64,000 bases of DNA. It comes from Methanomassiliicoccales archaeon. GTDB lineage: Archaea > Thermoplasmatota > Thermoplasmata > Methanomassiliicoccales > UBA472. Each line of letters begins with the position of its first letter. Positions within the stretch are counted from its first letter, which is position 1. The DNA lies in the NCBI GenBank assembly GCA_035527755.1, contig DATKZX010000004.1:21014-85013 (forward strand). Direction: 5' to 3'. The translations under genes were made by a program, and so were the position numbers. Under the pieces are notes generated by a model. It was not told the DNA's origin and ran no database searches. It was given only the letters and a program-made list of their open reading frames with translations. Positions 63,354-64,000 of this stretch are shown piece after piece.

Positions 63354-63965
63354 TTACAAACTGGCTTCGAAGTCGTCGATGCCTAGCTTGAAATCCTCGT
63401 CCCTGACCATCTGTCCGCGCTCCTTCAGGATCTCGCGGGTCAGTAGCCAGTATACGCAGGCCAAAGAACGTCTCCCCTTATTGTTGGTCGGGATGACCAG
63501 ATCGACGTTCCTAGTCTCGTTGTTGGCGTCACACAGGGCTACGATCGGGATACCCACGTTCAAAGCTTCGGCGACAGCCTGCTGGTCAGCAGCCGGATCT
63601 GTCACCAAGATGACGTCGGGCTCGATGTACCTGCCGAGCACTGGGTTGGTTAGGGACCCGGGAATGAGCCTCTCCTCGAAGTACATGGCGCCAATGGCCT
63701 TGGACATTATTCGAACGGGCTTTTGCCCGTACTGTCTGGCGGATACCACCAATATACGGTCGGGCTTGAACCTCGAAAGGAACTTTGCCGCGGCTCTGAT
63801 GCGGACGTCGGTTTGTTTGACGTCCATTACATACAGGCCATCGGTCCTGACCTTGAAGATGAAATCCTTCATGTCAGCACTCTTTTGCTGGGTGCCAATG
63901 TGGACACCGGAGGTCAGATAAACGTCCTCCGGTACGAGAAGCTCGGTCTTGGACTCGTCGCTCAT
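63354..63965 (-). CDS. rps2: 30S ribosomal protein S2 (uS2)
   Basis: It has [18 protein letters not shown] and [15 protein letters not shown]...[10 protein letters not shown]. Confidence 0.9.
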   Translation of the reverse strand: MSDESKTELLVPEDVYLTSGVHIGTQQKSADMKDFIFKVRTDGLYVMDVKQTDVRIRAAAKFLSRFKPDRILVVSARQYGQKPVRIMSKAIGAMYFEERLIPGSLTNPVLGRYIEPDVILVTDPAADQQAVAEALNVGIPIVALCDANNETRNVDLVIPTNNKGRRSLACVYWLLTREILKERGQMVRDEDFKLGIDDFEASL

Positions 63966-64000
63966 TTTAATAACCTCATGTGTCGCGCTTTACAGTTATT

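Noticed and set aside
1-64000. I searched for CRISPR arrays, transposases, integrases, rRNA genes and a RING/U-box E3 that could complete the ubiquitin cassette.
   Set aside because: I noticed no regularly spaced direct repeats. No ORF has DDE, tyrosine-recombinase or serine-recombinase motifs. There are no rRNA-like stretches. The only small Cys-rich ORFs are Trm112 (53749-53925) and the Zn-ribbon N-terminus at 62404, and neither has a RING C3HC4 or C3H2C3 spacing.

Overview
The window is a compact, moderately GC-rich archaeal chromosome segment. The gene content is euryarchaeal in type: SMC-ScpA-ScpB, RPA plus an RPA-associated protein, Nop5, fibrillarin, aIF5A, Kae1, PurP, CDP-archaeol synthase, an Sm protein, Nep1 and ribosomal proteins S15 and S2. 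I call about 68 protein genes, one intron-containing tRNA-Val(GAC) and a few terminator or promoter signals. I saw no rRNA, CRISPR array, transposase or integrase. All calls come from reading the ORF translations and the DNA by eye, with no database search, so family names are motif-level recognitions and several start codons are my own re-assignments. Genes are tightly packed, with many 4-nt ATGA/TTGA start-stop overlaps and several convergent 3'-end overlaps.

The most interesting locus is a four-gene minus-strand operon at 1208-3462. It encodes a minimal E1-like adenylating enzyme, an 81-aa ubiquitin-like protein ending GG-SR, a canonical HPN-Cys UBC-type E2, and an Rpn11/CSN5-like JAMM protease. 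This is a eukaryote-like ubiquitylation cassette with no RING E3. It is transcribed divergently from a polyphosphate module made of PPK1, a CHAD-metallophosphoesterase-Ppx-C-terminal fusion, and Ppx/GppA.

Secondary items are:
- an RPH-like PEP-utilizing phosphotransferase coupled to an unknown protein
- a three-gene cassette of a wHTH regulator and two small paralogs
- an AT-rich fragment with a truncated receiver domain next to the tRNA
- an ABC importer with no binding protein, followed by a PhoU/DUF47-like gene
- unlinked nop5 and flpA genes
- a Zn-ribbon membrane protein carrying an exact 32-nt internal duplication
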